NCBI GenBank assembly: GCA_012295275.1
Contig: CM022665.1
Location: 7,378,001 to 7,442,000, forward strand
Source of the DNA: Chrysomallon squamiferum
Taxonomy: Eukaryota > Animalia > Mollusca
Length of the DNA stretch: 64,000 bases
Reading direction: 5' to 3'
Part shown: positions 40,848-54,224 of the stretch, one piece after another
How the letters are laid out: every line of letters starts with the position of its first letter
Position numbering within the stretch: position 1 is the stretch's first letter
Translations under genes and position numbers: made by a program
The notes under the pieces: model-generated
The model's input: only the letters and a program-made list of their open reading frames with translations
What the model was told of the DNA's origin: nothing
Database searches by the model: none

Positions 40848-41501
40848 TTATTATTATTGTTAATTCAGATAAAACCAGCAGATATGTTGTATATTAAAAA
40901 ATAAAGATACACGCTGGGACTGATAAATTAATAAATTAGTACAAGATCTGCACAAGAATCCCAGCTGGCAAAGATGATGTGGATGATATACTTCGGCTTC
41001 GTAAACACTGACACTAACAATTGATGGTTGCTGGAGTTTAGAGAGAATTCTCAGAATCTTTTCATCCTGCAAAAATGAATAGATCTTCTGCTCACTCACT
41101 ATCTTTACATTTACATTTAAATCACAGCCACAACTTTGATTTCTGTTACCTTAACCTATAGAGATAATAATGTTTGTTGTGAGCCAAATTAAACCTTAAC
41201 ATTTTTAATTTTTTCATTACAATAATATCTACGAAGTCCATTGTGAGTCTAGTTTTTAGGTAATGTAGCAGATAGAAGAACTGGATCCCCAGTAGATGAT
41301 TCTATTTGATAAAAATCCACTTGTCAAGATTTTGTATACTAAATTTTATATATTCAGTAACAGAAGCCTTATAATACACAATCAAATCTTTTTATTTTTA
41401 TTTATTTTTATTTTTTTAAAACTTTATTAGTATTTATTTATTTATTTATTTATTTATTTCATTTTAAAAATTATTTTTCTTACAAGATTTTAATGTTATT
41501 G

Positions 41502-41575
<74 letters not shown>

Positions 41576-44500
41576 TTCTTTGACACTCAAGAGCAATAGA
41601 TTTTAACATTTCACTGACATCCTGGTTAAATTATAATAAATCATTTATCATCCTTTAACAATCATTTTGTCCAGTGGCATGAAACCATTTGAAACCAGTT
41701 TTTATTTCATTAGTTAATTCAAGATTTCAAACACATAATTTTTTTTTTTTTTTATAGATAATGCTTAGACCCCTCTCCTTTATCATAGATGCACATAGAT
41801 ATGTTTATTGTTCATAATGCAGCAGCTGGGTAACTTGTTTGAGAAGCTGAAATGACACAGAATGTGTTCACAATAACCTTGTTTGAATGTAGTTAATGTC
41901 TGTTTATTCATAGTTGATATTAATAAACATATACATGCAGCCAGCTTTCTAGCCTAATTTATCATTTTAGTCTTCTGCTAAGAAAACAACTCTAACAACC
42001 CTGTCTTATGTGTTAGATGTGCCTATCCCCCCACCCCACCCCCTCAAAACACTGTTGTTTTACAAAGTAATAATTTTAGTACTTCAAAACAACATGTTTC
42101 AAGTTCTTTTTAAAAAGTCAAATAGTTACATACATTGTATTACATAGTAACGATAGTTAACTTATGATTTTAGTTTATCTAAACTTGTACATGTGTCTGT
42201 TGTTAAAATATGGATGGATAAATATAATTTGTGTGAAATTACTCTCTCTTGTGTGTGTATTGTGTATGTATGCATGCATGTTTTTATATATGTATACATG
42301 TCTTGTGTATGCATGCTTTTATGTATATATATATTTGTGTGTGTGTGTGTGTGTGTTTTTGGTTAATACCAAAAATAAATATATAGTATGTATTAATAAT
42401 GTTTATAATAATAAAACTATTCACATTAAGAGGATACTATTATTCTAAACTGAATTACTCATTAACCATATACATTTATTTTAAAAAAATACCTAAAATT
42501 AACTCTGTGAAACTAATTAACAAAAACATTTTATATATAGGAGAGTTATATGTTTAAGTGAGCATATAAAATATGTTTGACCAGAACTGGCTTATTTGGA
42601 GCAACTGTTAAGAATGATACATTTGACAATCATTTGTACTAATCAGATACATATTATATACAGTTACTCACTTGCACAAATCAGATTATAAGATATAAAT
42701 TACAACTTGCATACTTTTTGATTACTAACTAATATGTTACTAGTTGTTCTGTTGAATGTTTTAATTAAATCTTGATTTAATTAGTTTTTAATTAATTAGT
42801 TAATTAATTATTTTTAATTTGTTTTGCAGCTGCGCCCGGATTCTTGCCCACTACCCATATATAGTATTGCTGGTAGTTCTGGTTGTCGTGGCAACATGTC
42901 TGATTGTTTCTGTGACACTGGGACACCAACTAGATTTCGATGACCCACTTGAGGTATGGTATTAAGTAAAATTTGATAAAACATATTTTTCATCAGTCTT
43001 AATGGATAAATAAGTTTCGATATTTGGAAAAAGAAAATAAAGATATTAATATTAACAATGTAAACAGCAGCATTACAACAGAAAGTGATTTTTTTTTTTT
43101 TTTATATAAACAACAGAACAGCAAATAAATTTATAATTTCAGTAAATGTTGCAAGACGAGCGTTGAAAATAAAGCATTTTACCAATGAGATGGGTTATTT
43201 CAGTTGTGTAAAAAGATGGTGTTTATTTTGTAAAGGGTTTTGAGCCGCGAGGTACCGAGATCAGTGACAGGATGGTCGCCTACAGGAACCTCATGGAGAA
43301 TGTTGGAGAGAATGCCAACTTGCTGCCATTCAGACACAACAAAAAAACTACTCTCATTGACAGGATAAAGGAACGCACTAAGAATGGAAAACGAAAGAAA
43401 AAGAAGAAGAAGAAGAAGAAGAAAAAGAAGAAGAAAAACAAAGAAAAACTGAGAGATAAAACTGAATACAGAGCGGACAATGTGACATTTCACAGCGACA
43501 GTGAGGAGTTTTTCTGTGGCATTCCATGTAAATATTTTAATAACTTCCATTTCAGATTATTATAAATTAGATTTTACATTTTGTTTAGAACACCAAATAA
43601 GAAATTTAAAAGTTAGTTATAATTTTTATCACATATTTATGAAATATATTTGCAGTTTTTAGAAAGATTTTAGCAAATATGTAATATATCTATCTACACA
43701 TATTAAACAAATATTTTTATCACCAAAGTTTCTAAGCAAATTACAATAGTTTCTGTGAACTACTAAAAACAATGCTAATGGACATTACACTATGATATTT
43801 TTGCAATGACTGATCACTGTAATTATGTTTTAGAAGTTATAAAATGAGATAAACACAATTTTTTATATGAATTTCTACATTAACAATTAGCAGGTATGAC
43901 ATTTCAAATTCAGCATCATTGCAGAGACTTGGTAGGATGTTGAAGAACATATCATTTACTATAACAAGTTGTGCAGGTTTTTTATGCAAGTTTTTAGTTT
44001 GTTAACCAGATAATTTTTGTGCTAAATGAAACATACTGTAGAAATTACTTTACTTCGGAACACATTTTTTTATTTCTAATAAATTCATATATATATTTTT
44101 TTCTTTCAGTATTTATCCGTATTTTTGGAACTGCTAACAAACATACATTTATAACAAAGTCTGACTGCTAAAACATTTTCTAATTTCAGATAAAGGGTAT
44201 GCCCGGGTAGTGTTTTCAAGTGTTGACGGCTCAAGTCTCTACTCTCTGGAACACATCAAGTCTATGTGTCTTCATGAAGAATTTCACCTCCATGTGCATG
44301 AATCATATACTGAAAAGTGCATTAAGCCAACTGGACGGACTAACTGTTGTCGTAGTTGGTGTTTAGGCAGCTACATTGCCTTGTTGACAAATAAGACAAG
44401 TTGTAATCTAATAGACAATCAGGATGTGACTGATGTGATGAACTTGTTCAAATCGTGTGCCCCTTTTTATCAGAACTACTCCATTGGACCAAACTGTGAT

Positions 44501-47104
44501 TATTCTCCAGATTCCTGGTTCTTTGATGTTGATCATAATTATAAACAGAAAGAGTGTCCAGGAGTTCCCAACCAGTGTGTGCGTTACAATGCAGTTTTTC
44601 ACATTCTTCATCATCTGGTTGATAGAAATTTCATAGATGAGATTGTTGCTGGCAAACAGTCGCCTCATCTTTCATATGCTATGACATTCCTCCCTCTCAC
44701 TGCTAGCTCAATTTCTGTGGACATATATGAGTACATGGAGAGTCTGCCAAAGAATTTTAATGGTGTGCAGATTGTTGGAGCAAAATTTGAAGTGAAATTT
44801 ACACTTTTTGAAAAATACCTAAAATCTGACAGCTTATGGCTGGCCTGTGCTGGTTGTGCCATTTTTATAGCCATGTGGTTATTTTCAGCATCCATTTTCA
44901 TAACTATTATGACATTTTTGGCTGTTTTCTGGGCCTTGACTGTTGCGTATTTTTTATATATGTTTGTTTTTGAAATTAAGTTTTTTCCATACATGAACAT
45001 GGTTACTGTCATAGTAATGATCGGTATAGGTGCTGATGATGTTTTTATATATTGTAAAGTGTGGCATCTTTCTAAGTCAGAACCAAACAATGGAGCACTT
45101 GAAAAAATAATAAGTGACACACTTCGCCATGCCACACTTTCTATGCTGGTCACAAGTTTAACAACAGCTGCATCATTCTATGCCAACTGTATCAGTGATG
45201 TTACTGCAATCCAGTGTTTTAGTATCTATGCTGGAACAGCCATATTGTGCAACTTTGTTTTAACAATTACCTGGATTCCTGCAACTATCATGCTCTATGA
45301 GAAATGGTGTAACTTTTGCTCTTGCTATAATCCAGGAGTATACAGCAGTGAAGCAGGTTTTTGTTCTGCTTTTTTAAAATTTCCATGCAAAGTGTATTGC
45401 TTTTTGTCTGACTGTTCAAGGATATTCTTTGAAAAATTGCTTCCATGCTTGGTAATAAGACTGCGCTATCTGTGGCTTCTTTTACTGGGATGTCTGGGTG
45501 TGTCTGGATTCATTGTAATATTCTATTATCCAAAATTAAAACTGCCTTCTAGTAATCAATTCCAGGTTTTTTCATCAGACCACTGGCTGGAAAAGTATGA
45601 CTTTGAACTCAGTGAAATGTTTGCATTTGAAAAAATGGATGAAGATGAAATTCCACTTCTGCCAATTACTGTAATATGGGGAGTTCATGCGACAGACACA
45701 GGTGATCCACTGAATCCGAGGAAGAAAGGAACATTAGTTTTTGATGACAACTTTGATTTAGCAGAAAAGGCATCACAAGTGTGGATACTGAAGTTCTGTT
45801 CACGTCTGCGACAGACTGATTTTTATTTAAACTCTCCAGGCTTACAGCTAACAAACTGCTTCCTTGAGAACTTTGTGCAAGGCTTCATGAAGCAGTCATG
45901 TAAAGGTAACTACCCATGTTGTAATGAGACCAAATTTCCATATTCTAAGACTAATTTTAACCATTGCTTGCGATCGTATGTTCCTATATTACACAGAACG
46001 CCGTCTGCTGGTTACAGTTCGTATTCTCCGGGACCTCGATTCTCGGATGGACGTGTCAGCGCATTGATAGTGGAGTTTCTCAGCAATGAACCTTTCAGTC
46101 AAAATTATATGAAAATGAAACTGTTTTATCAACGTATCAATCGATGGATGACAGACCAGATGCTTCAGGCGCCGAAAGAAATGCGTAATGGTTGGTTTGT
46201 TAGTGATTTGGGATTCTTTGACCTGCAGAACAGTTTGGCAGTTGGCACTCCACTGGCTCTGGGTGTGTCACTAGCGGTTGCAGTAATAGTTGCATTTTTC
46301 ACTACTCTCAATATACTCATCAGTTTGTATGCGATACTCACAGTTATGTTTATCATTGTTGTAACCATTGCAAGTCTCGTCTTACAAGGTTGGGAGCTGA
46401 ACATCATGGAATCAGTGGTGGTTACGGTCGCCATCGGCATGTCCATTGACTTAACATTACATTATGGTGTTGCTTATCGCCTGTCGCCAGATCTGGACAG
46501 GGAAATGAGAGTTGCCTGTTCTGTAAGTAGAATGGGCAGTGCAATTGCTATGGCAGCATTCACAACATTTCTTGCTGGTGTCTTTATGTTGCCATCAACA
46601 GTGCTTGTGTATAGGAAATTTGGTATATTTTTAATGATACTTGTGACAACAAGTTGGATATATTCCACATTTTTCTTTCAATCGCTGTTGCGCACAATCG
46701 GGCCTCAAGGAGGATTTAGTCAGTTCCATTGGCCAGCTTCCGATTGTTGTTCTACATCGTCTCATGAACATGTAGATAAGACTGTATATGCTCTCTCGGA
46801 ATCCACCTTGTCAAGTTCAAGCACAAGCAACCCGAATCACATGTCTAGTGAAGTCCACGAACTCGAACATCTGGGTGAAAGTTCGGAGACGCCATGTTAT
46901 TCACAGCATTCCTCCCAACATTTATATAACTACCATTATCATCATCCACAATACCGAGCCAGACATAAAGGTGCCTATACTCATATGAAACCCAAATGTT
47001 CTAGTGACTCGTGTCCGGGAGCCGATTTCAAAAGTGTAACGTTTGAACCAATTACAAATCCTAGATCCCCTGAAATAATTGTAGAACAACCAGAAATGGA
47101 GTAG
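38224..47104 (+). CDS. DISP1: Protein dispatched homolog (12-TM RND/sterol-sensing-domain Hedgehog release factor), about 1111 aa
   Basis: Well-supported exons: 42830-42953 (CARILAHYPY...DFDDPLE), 43236-43527 (GFEPRGT...FFCGIP) and 44190-47104 (YARVVFSS, CCRSWCLGSYIA, FFPYMN, GIGADD, TSLTTAASF, GWELNIMES, GMSIDLTLHYGVAY). The putative first coding exon is ATGAG|GTAAGT at 38224-38228 (phase 2, lower confidence); total 3336 nt in frame. Confidence 0.92.
38755..39325. repeat. Degenerate minisatellite of about 27 bp (cagtcatatttctgttcagtttttaca)
   Basis: Many diverged units, interrupted at about 38880-38975 by a segment also found at about 41050-41145. Confidence 0.8.
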
Positions 47105-47712
47105 GTCGAAAATTTACTCTGCCATACACCCTAAAAACGAAAATGTTTAACGCCAAATATTCAAAGGCGTGCTCAGTAATAAAAATGCAGATTATTCTGA
47201 AATTCTTACCAAAATGAAAATTTGGTACGTGCTGTATTCGCGAGAATTTACAAATGACAGTATGTATTTTGTTACAATTTATGACCTGTTCAGCTGATTT
47301 GCATGAAATCTGTTACCTATTCAGGTTTATCGGTTGCATCTTTCATTGTTTTAAATGATACACAGATGTTACTTCTTGTAAATGAACACAGTTAAATAAC
47401 ACCATTTGCTGTAAGATATTTTTCTAAATTGTATTTTGACGATATTCAATCTTCAAAGCTATTTTTTTAGGGGGAAAAAAGCCCCACATATTATAAACAG
47501 TGACGGATCTAGACAGTATCGTAGTGGATTGATTCTCACTGTTGTGCGGTGAGCGAGATTTTATGGTACCACTCCTGTCAAAGGCAGATCAAAATGAGGG
47601 TGCTCAGATCATAATTATGCACAATAAACCAGTAGCACCGCGAAAATCTCACGTTAAAATTACCCACACCCATTTACGTAGAACTGCAGTTATTACATTT
47701 TATTCTAAGAGG

Positions 47713-47743
<31 letters not shown>

Positions 47744-48049
47744 ATCTGTATGAACAGCACACCTCGCCAGCCATTTTTTGCGTAAAGCGTACTTGAAAGA
47801 ACGCCAAAATTAAAGAAGTTCACTTTTTAAATTATTAACCCCCAAAATGTAAGTAATAATAAACAAATAATCAAGAATCTCTTCATACAGTAAAATGTAA
47901 AGAGGCTGAAATAAATCATTTAATTATTTTTATTTATTCATCGCGTTTTAATCAGAAATAACATTCGTGGAAAATTAAAGAGAATTTCCATTGCGTCAGT
48001 TTATTTATTTATTATTTATTATTATAAGGCCTACATTTTTCTCTTGTCT

Positions 48050-48082
<33 letters not shown>

Positions 48083-48637
48083 TTGAAATATGCGAAAAAG
48101 AAAGTTTAACAACCATAAAAATCATTTAATTTAATAATTTACTTACACCTTTACTCTTCGTTAAATAAATACGTTTTTGTACATTCCTTTCTTTATGTTT
48201 TGTTTTGTTTTGTTTTTCTTTCTTTCCGTTTTTTTTTATATGACCCTTCCCGAGGAGATGGAGGTGCATTAGGCGTTTTGTTTTTTTGTGGGTTTTTAAA
48301 ATAAACTAGTGGCTTTAACTGGAGAGGAAAAAAAATGAATGCTTCTCAACCCAGTTTTCTAACTATTGAGGTATATAAACATCTGGATCCATATTAAAGA
48401 TACTTAAACATCCAATATTATTATTCATTCGGAAACCACAAGAACTGCTATTGTTTCTAAATCAGTTCTTACTAGCAGTAGATCGATTTTGAATAATTGT
48501 GTGAAGAAATATTTTCTGACTTATTTTGGGTAATTCCAAAAGAGAAAGTCGTTGATTAAATTTTCCGAATAATTACATGAGAGTTACGTGAACAAAGTGA
48601 GTACTGCGAGTACTGGTGCCACGAGTTAAATCTAAAG

Positions 48638-48922
48638 CAGTCATGGGCAAGCTTTTTCGAGAAGTGGGCCACATGAGACATGGTTCATCCTCAGGCGTGC
48701 CGCAGGTACTAATTTAGGCGATTATCTATTTTTACGTAGAGTTTATTTTTTTTTAAAATGTTTCATTTTCATTTAAAAACTGTTATAATAATAAAAAAAA
48801 TTACTTGTGTTTTAGTATATTAGTAGATACAAAATAGACTCGTTTTATAAAATTTGAATTAACGTTATTTTATTAGGCGGGCCACTCAGAAAGCCGCGCG
48901 GGCCGCGGTTTGCCCATGACTG
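48638..48922. mobile_element. Non-autonomous hAT (Charlie-type) MITE, 285 bp
   Basis: Perfect TIRs CAGTCATGGGCAA / TTGCCCATGACTG, a perfect 8-bp TSD ATCTAAAG (48630-48637 and 48923-48930), and subterminal GGGCC motifs. Confidence 0.92.
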
Positions 48923-50951
48923 ATCTAAAGTCTAACTTCAGAAAATAGCTATAATGACCTACTGAGATTTCAGAGTACTTTATGTCAGAGGGTGCTGACA
49001 TAATGCCAGTAAAAACTGTAATCCGTAAAGTATTTGTATGAAAAATTTATTGCTTTATTAATTAGTACGTTGCATACACGATCCATGTTTGGTAATAAAT
49101 GATCATAATAAAGTTTATTCTGGATGAGATTTTCTTCTTTTTTGAGGATGTTGTGTGGATTAAATAGTGCTAAATTAAAAAAAAAAAAAAAAAAAAAAAT
49201 ACTATATTAATTTAATGTTAAAATTGTTAATGCCTTCAAAATCTAAATTTTTCTGTCAAAGGCTAAAATACAATGCCTCGGAAAAAAACCCATCTAGCAT
49301 TATAATATTTATATTAATACAATTATTGTAAATATTATTATAGGTTCTAAATAGCACGATTACAGTTTTACTGTCACTGGGCATCAACACAGATAATGTA
49401 CTTTCTAAACCCAAAATATCTCATTTTATTTAATTGTTTTTATCGTTATTATTTTTTTCTAAAAAAAAATTAAAAAAAATTAAAAAAAATTAAAAAAAAT
49501 TAAAAATTAAAAATTAAATTAGTAAAGAGAAGAAGAAGAAAAAAAAAAAAAAAAAAAATGCCAACTCTTTGTAAATAAAATATTTTATAACGCTGTAAGA
49601 GTTTTACAAGTATCTGGTAATGCAAAACATCTTAGTAAGAAATGAGTTCATATGAGTTTATTTTAGATTTTTTTTACTTTCCTGTTATCCGTTCAGATGT
49701 CACGTATCTATCGACATCCATTAAACTCTAAAAACGTCAGCAAGATTTTGAAATGGCGTGAATAAAGAAAATGATTATGTAATCTAAATTTCCTTTAAAA
49801 CCGATATAAAAAATATAAACGATGAAATCTTAAAAAAAAAAAAATATATATATATTATCTCTTGACCAGTTGTATAAATAAACCCCCCATTTTCTGTATC
49901 GTTGTGGCGAAAACAAACAAAAATGTTTTGCTGCTGCTATTACTTTCTTAATGACCTTTTACTTCGTGCACGCACGCTTCACGTCCTTTTTATGTTTGTT
50001 CTTTTTTTATTCTCAGTTTCCTTTTTCGTTTCTTTCTCTTTTCTTTTTCTTCTTCTTTTTTTACTTTTTCTTCTTAACACTTACACGTGCATGAACCTTT
50101 GAACAACAGTGAGATTGCTGTGTGGTGCAGGAAATTGGAAAAACTGAATGTATTATTTAGATAACTCAATGAGTGCATGCGTGTATGTGGGTGTCTCTCT
50201 CTCTCATTAAGGGTCTGTGAAGCAACCTAATATTATATCGAATAATAACCGACGTAGTTTTTGTTTGTGTGTGTATGCGTGAACTACACATGACTGCAAC
50301 ATTCAGGAAGTTCATATTAATAGACGGCAAACATCATTAAAATATTTTAATTAAGAGTCGTGACTGTCAAATCTATAGAATGTCGTCTTCTGTTTATCCA
50401 TTCGCAAAGATAAATTTTGTTCTAATGATGTTTTATAACGGTAATCCCGGTAAAAATAAAAATAAAATAGAAATGTACAAAAACATCCTAGGTTACGTTT
50501 GTTCTTGTTTGTTTGTTGTGTTTTTTTGTTTGTTTTGTGTTTTTTCAACTCGCAGCTAACAAGTTCATTGACCTTCAGCAACACGTAGGCCACTATTAAT
50601 ATTGATATATACCGTGTAATCGAGTTATAGGCTTTATCTCTTCGCGTACGTATGACATTTTCGTCTTCGTTGAAAAGGTCAAATTTCCAATAAATGAAAA
50701 ACCTTTAATAAGACAGGCGATATTTTCGGAATGCGTGATAGCTGACGGATTCTAGACAGAATCCAATTATCTGATAGAAAAATCGCAAAATGAAGGATAA
50801 TAATCAACATATTTGATGTGTAATATGTGTGTTGTCTATACTGCATATCCGTTTTCAGAGTAATCATATTAGACAATTTGTTTTTATATTATGGTTTTGT
50901 TCAAACATTTTAATTTTTAACTTTTACTTTACTACTACTACTACTACTACT

Positions 50952-50987
<36 letters not shown>

Positions 50988-51148
50988 TATTTATTTTTTA
51001 TTTTTATATTATTATTATTATTATTATTTCTTTTTTTTTTTTTTTAATTTACATTTTAAAATATAATTCAAAGATATTAATTATTTTTACTGGATTGTAT
51101 TGTTATTGATATGTTTTCTTTTTCCCTTTGCCGTATAGTAAGAAAGCC

Positions 51149-51190
<42 letters not shown>

Positions 51191-52881
51191 ATCAGAATAG
51201 AGCTAAATCTATTTCGAAGAGTTCACAGACATAAGCTTAGCCTGGAAATAAATGGTCAGTCACGGACGTAATCGAGAATACACTCTTCATTCTCTGAACA
51301 GGCAGACTTCGGATATTCTAAGACGGTCGACTTTAGATTTCCAAGTAGGTCGACTTTAGAACTCTGTGTAGGTCGACTTCAAACGTAGGTAAATCAATGC
51401 AGCTTTGATCATCATATAAACATACATTTTATATTACCAACTGTAAATATAAAATATTTCTCAGTAAAACTGAATCATCCGAAAATAGGACCTTTCCTTA
51501 GTTTTCTAAATAATTGAGAAATTTAATATTAAAAAAAACAACTAAAAAAAAACAACTTGTTACTTTGTTGATAGAATTTCACAATAAATATGGACGAAGC
51601 TAGCGTTCCAGAACATTAAGCAGGATAAAGCACGTACAAACGTAACAACAGAAGAGTGACTTTCTGTATACCAACTACATACTGGGAACTTATATAAGCA
51701 TATGTGGAGCACTGACTGGAACAGAACAAATCCTAAAAAAAGGACATTGGTTTCTGTTTTTCTCTAGGTACTCTCTATAGTCACCAGATCTGAACTCAGC
51801 TTCGGCGCCGTCTTGCCACTTTTGTTTGTGAAAATTTCCTTCGTCAGTTTTTTATTTTATTGTTTTTATTTACCATAGGTGAATCACCGTAAGTGAAAGA
51901 ACTAACAATCAGATCTCAAAAAAATTAACTCCTTTCCAGGTATTTTCAAATTTTGCTTTTAAATTTCATTATTTTATTTATTATCATTTTGGATTTTTCG
52001 CTTTGTGTTTGGAAAATCTCATACACATTTGGGGGGCCCGATTTGCCAGTACCTTACTGTAATTATTGTTTTGTAGAAATTAAAAATAAAAGTAGTAAGA
52101 ACCTGTTTTCCGAAACCCACATGATTACATTAAACTTTAAAAACAAAACACAATGTTTATAAACAAAAATTTATTTCATAAATGCAAACAAAAATTTTAA
52201 ACACAAATTTTAAAAACCACAAACAAAATTTCTTAATAACAAAAGACAATAAATTTGTTATTTACTGAGTTAGTAACTGAAACAAACTAAAAATTAAAAT
52301 AAAGGAAATATAATAATAGTAACTTTTACACAATAACCTGACTTTGTGTGTTTAATATAATCATAATGATTATTTTTATTTTATTTTGTTGTTTTAAATA
52401 AGTAAACATTTTTTTATTATTATTGTTATTATTAATTTTTTTTTTTTTTCAATTTGTTTTGGAGCTTTCTAGTAAAATGAAATCCCTACAAAAACAAAAA
52501 AAAAAAAAAAAAAAAAGAAAGAAAGAAAGAAGAAAGAAAAAAGTTGTATATATAAAAGTTACTTCAGAGTTAGTAACTCTTCAAATAAAGATTGCAGTTA
52601 AGATCTACAGAATTTGTATCTCCCATGAATAATCAAGATGGCACTAATTGATTGGAGAGGGGGGGGGCGATTTTTACGAATTCAAGCACAACAGGTTATT
52701 TATAAAAAAATATAAAAATAATAATAATGTGGGTTTTTTGTTGTTGTTGTTGGTTGTTTTGTTTTTTTAATTTAAATTTATAATTAAAAAAAGAAAACAA
52801 GAAATGAACAAATAAAGAAAAAAGAACACATGAAATGTTGTGTTTTTTCTTGGAGGTACGTTTCTGACGTTTCGTACAAAA

Positions 52882-53237
52882 TCAGTAGAACATGCCTGAA
52901 CTCTGAGGTGGTGTAAAATATTCGGAGCCGATACTGAAATACAGGATCACACAACCAATGACTACAAGCAGCAGAGGATAAATACGAAACGACGTCTTGC
53001 CTTCTGGAAGCCTTGAAGGCAGGTCTTCGATGAACCTTGCGTAATCTGTAATAGTAAACCAAAGTGGTAAAAATCAGTCATTTTATGTTTCGTTATTGTT
53101 TATACTGATATTTAGAACTTACGAAAGGTTAGTTTAATTGTATATCTTATATTTGGCATTTTATTATTTAATATTCTTTTTCCAGTGACACACACATGCA
53201 TACAGAGAGAGGGGGAGGAAAAGAGGGAGGGTTAGGG

Positions 53238-53304
<67 letters not shown>

Positions 53305-53740
53305 CATTAATACTAAAATTATTACCTACGAAGCAAGATCTGTTTTCCCATATTTCTCTCATTTTTTGTTCCATATTGTTATCATCCCGCACTTTCACGT
53401 AGCTGCCGTTGCACAATGATAAATTCTTACTTTTGAACAGTTCAGCATCAAACTCTCGCACCATAACTGAAATTTCGGCAATGACTCCAAAAGACTCCAG
53501 TTTCTGCAAGACGAAAAGTCTTCTGTTTCCATTTGTAACGCAAAGAATTCCCCCAAATGGATAATACATTGTTTCCAATGGTGGCAAATCCTGAACTCTC
53601 AGACGCCCATATGCCAGATCTTCGAAAGTTTTTTCCAATGGTGTTCCGTCAGCAAACGTATTCGATATTGTACCATGGCAATACTTCAGTTCAGAAGGGC
53701 GGACTCGTTTAGGACCCGTGTAGCCTGGCTCCAGATACAT
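52882..53740 (-). CDS. Uncharacterised 192-aa ParB/Sulfiredoxin-like domain protein with C-terminal transmembrane anchor
   Basis: Coding exons 53740-53326 (donor TAG|GTAATA) and 53045-52882 (acceptor tattacAG) join in phase 1. Motifs RPSELKY, TISNTF and NGNRRLFVL; tail IYPLLLVVIGCVILYFSIG. An in-frame TAA precedes the ATG; a likely non-coding first exon ends near 54161. Confidence 0.8.
53242..53302. repeat. (GA)n microsatellite, intronic
   Basis: Read directly; it accounts for the SLSLSL tail of the unspliced ORF. Confidence 0.95.
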
Positions 53741-54199
53741 ATTCAGAGGAATGATTTACTGCTATAATGTAATGTAACATAACATAAATGAACAGATCAG
53801 TAATCATTGTATTGATTTGTATATGAGTGTGTGTGTGTGTGTTTGTATATATGTAGGTAGATGGGTAAGTAGGTATGTAGGTAAATAATATACCTACGTA
53901 TATATGTATGTGTGTGTGTATGTGTGTGTATGTGTGTGTGTGTGTGTATTAATTTTAGTGACGTTAATACCGTTAATACATAATTTAACGGCCTTTATCT
54001 GTGTCTTATTGCTTAATTATTCACAGCGTATATATATTTTATTTTTTGTACGTGTAAACGTTGCAGTCCCGTAAAATAAACATTGGGGTCTTATAAAGTC
54101 AAAGATCTATAAACAGAAACATAATTATTATAATATTAACGTTATAATCGAAAATATTACCTGTTTATTCACGTAATCCTCGAACTGATGTAAATTGAA

Positions 54200-54224
54200 T
54201 TACGTCATTGATATTATGACGTCA
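54200..54224. promoter_or_regulatory. Paired bZIP sites: TTACGTCA and a perfect CRE TGACGTCA
   Basis: Located at 54200-54207 and 54217-54224, just upstream of the minus-strand donor CAG|GTAATA near 54160. Confidence 0.5.

Noticed and set aside
44408-46668. Antisense ORFs inside the large dispatched exon
   Set aside because: Shadow frames of a real coding sequence with no independent features.
51325-51383. GGTCGACTT repeat with variable spacers, superficially CRISPR-like
   Set aside because: Only three 23-bp units with 10-bp variable parts, eukaryotic context and no cas genes; a small minisatellite.
52784-53062. 92-aa ORF MVYYYRLRK... as a separate gene
   Set aside because: It overlaps the second exon of the ParB-like gene in another frame; the spliced frame gives a coherent transmembrane tail.
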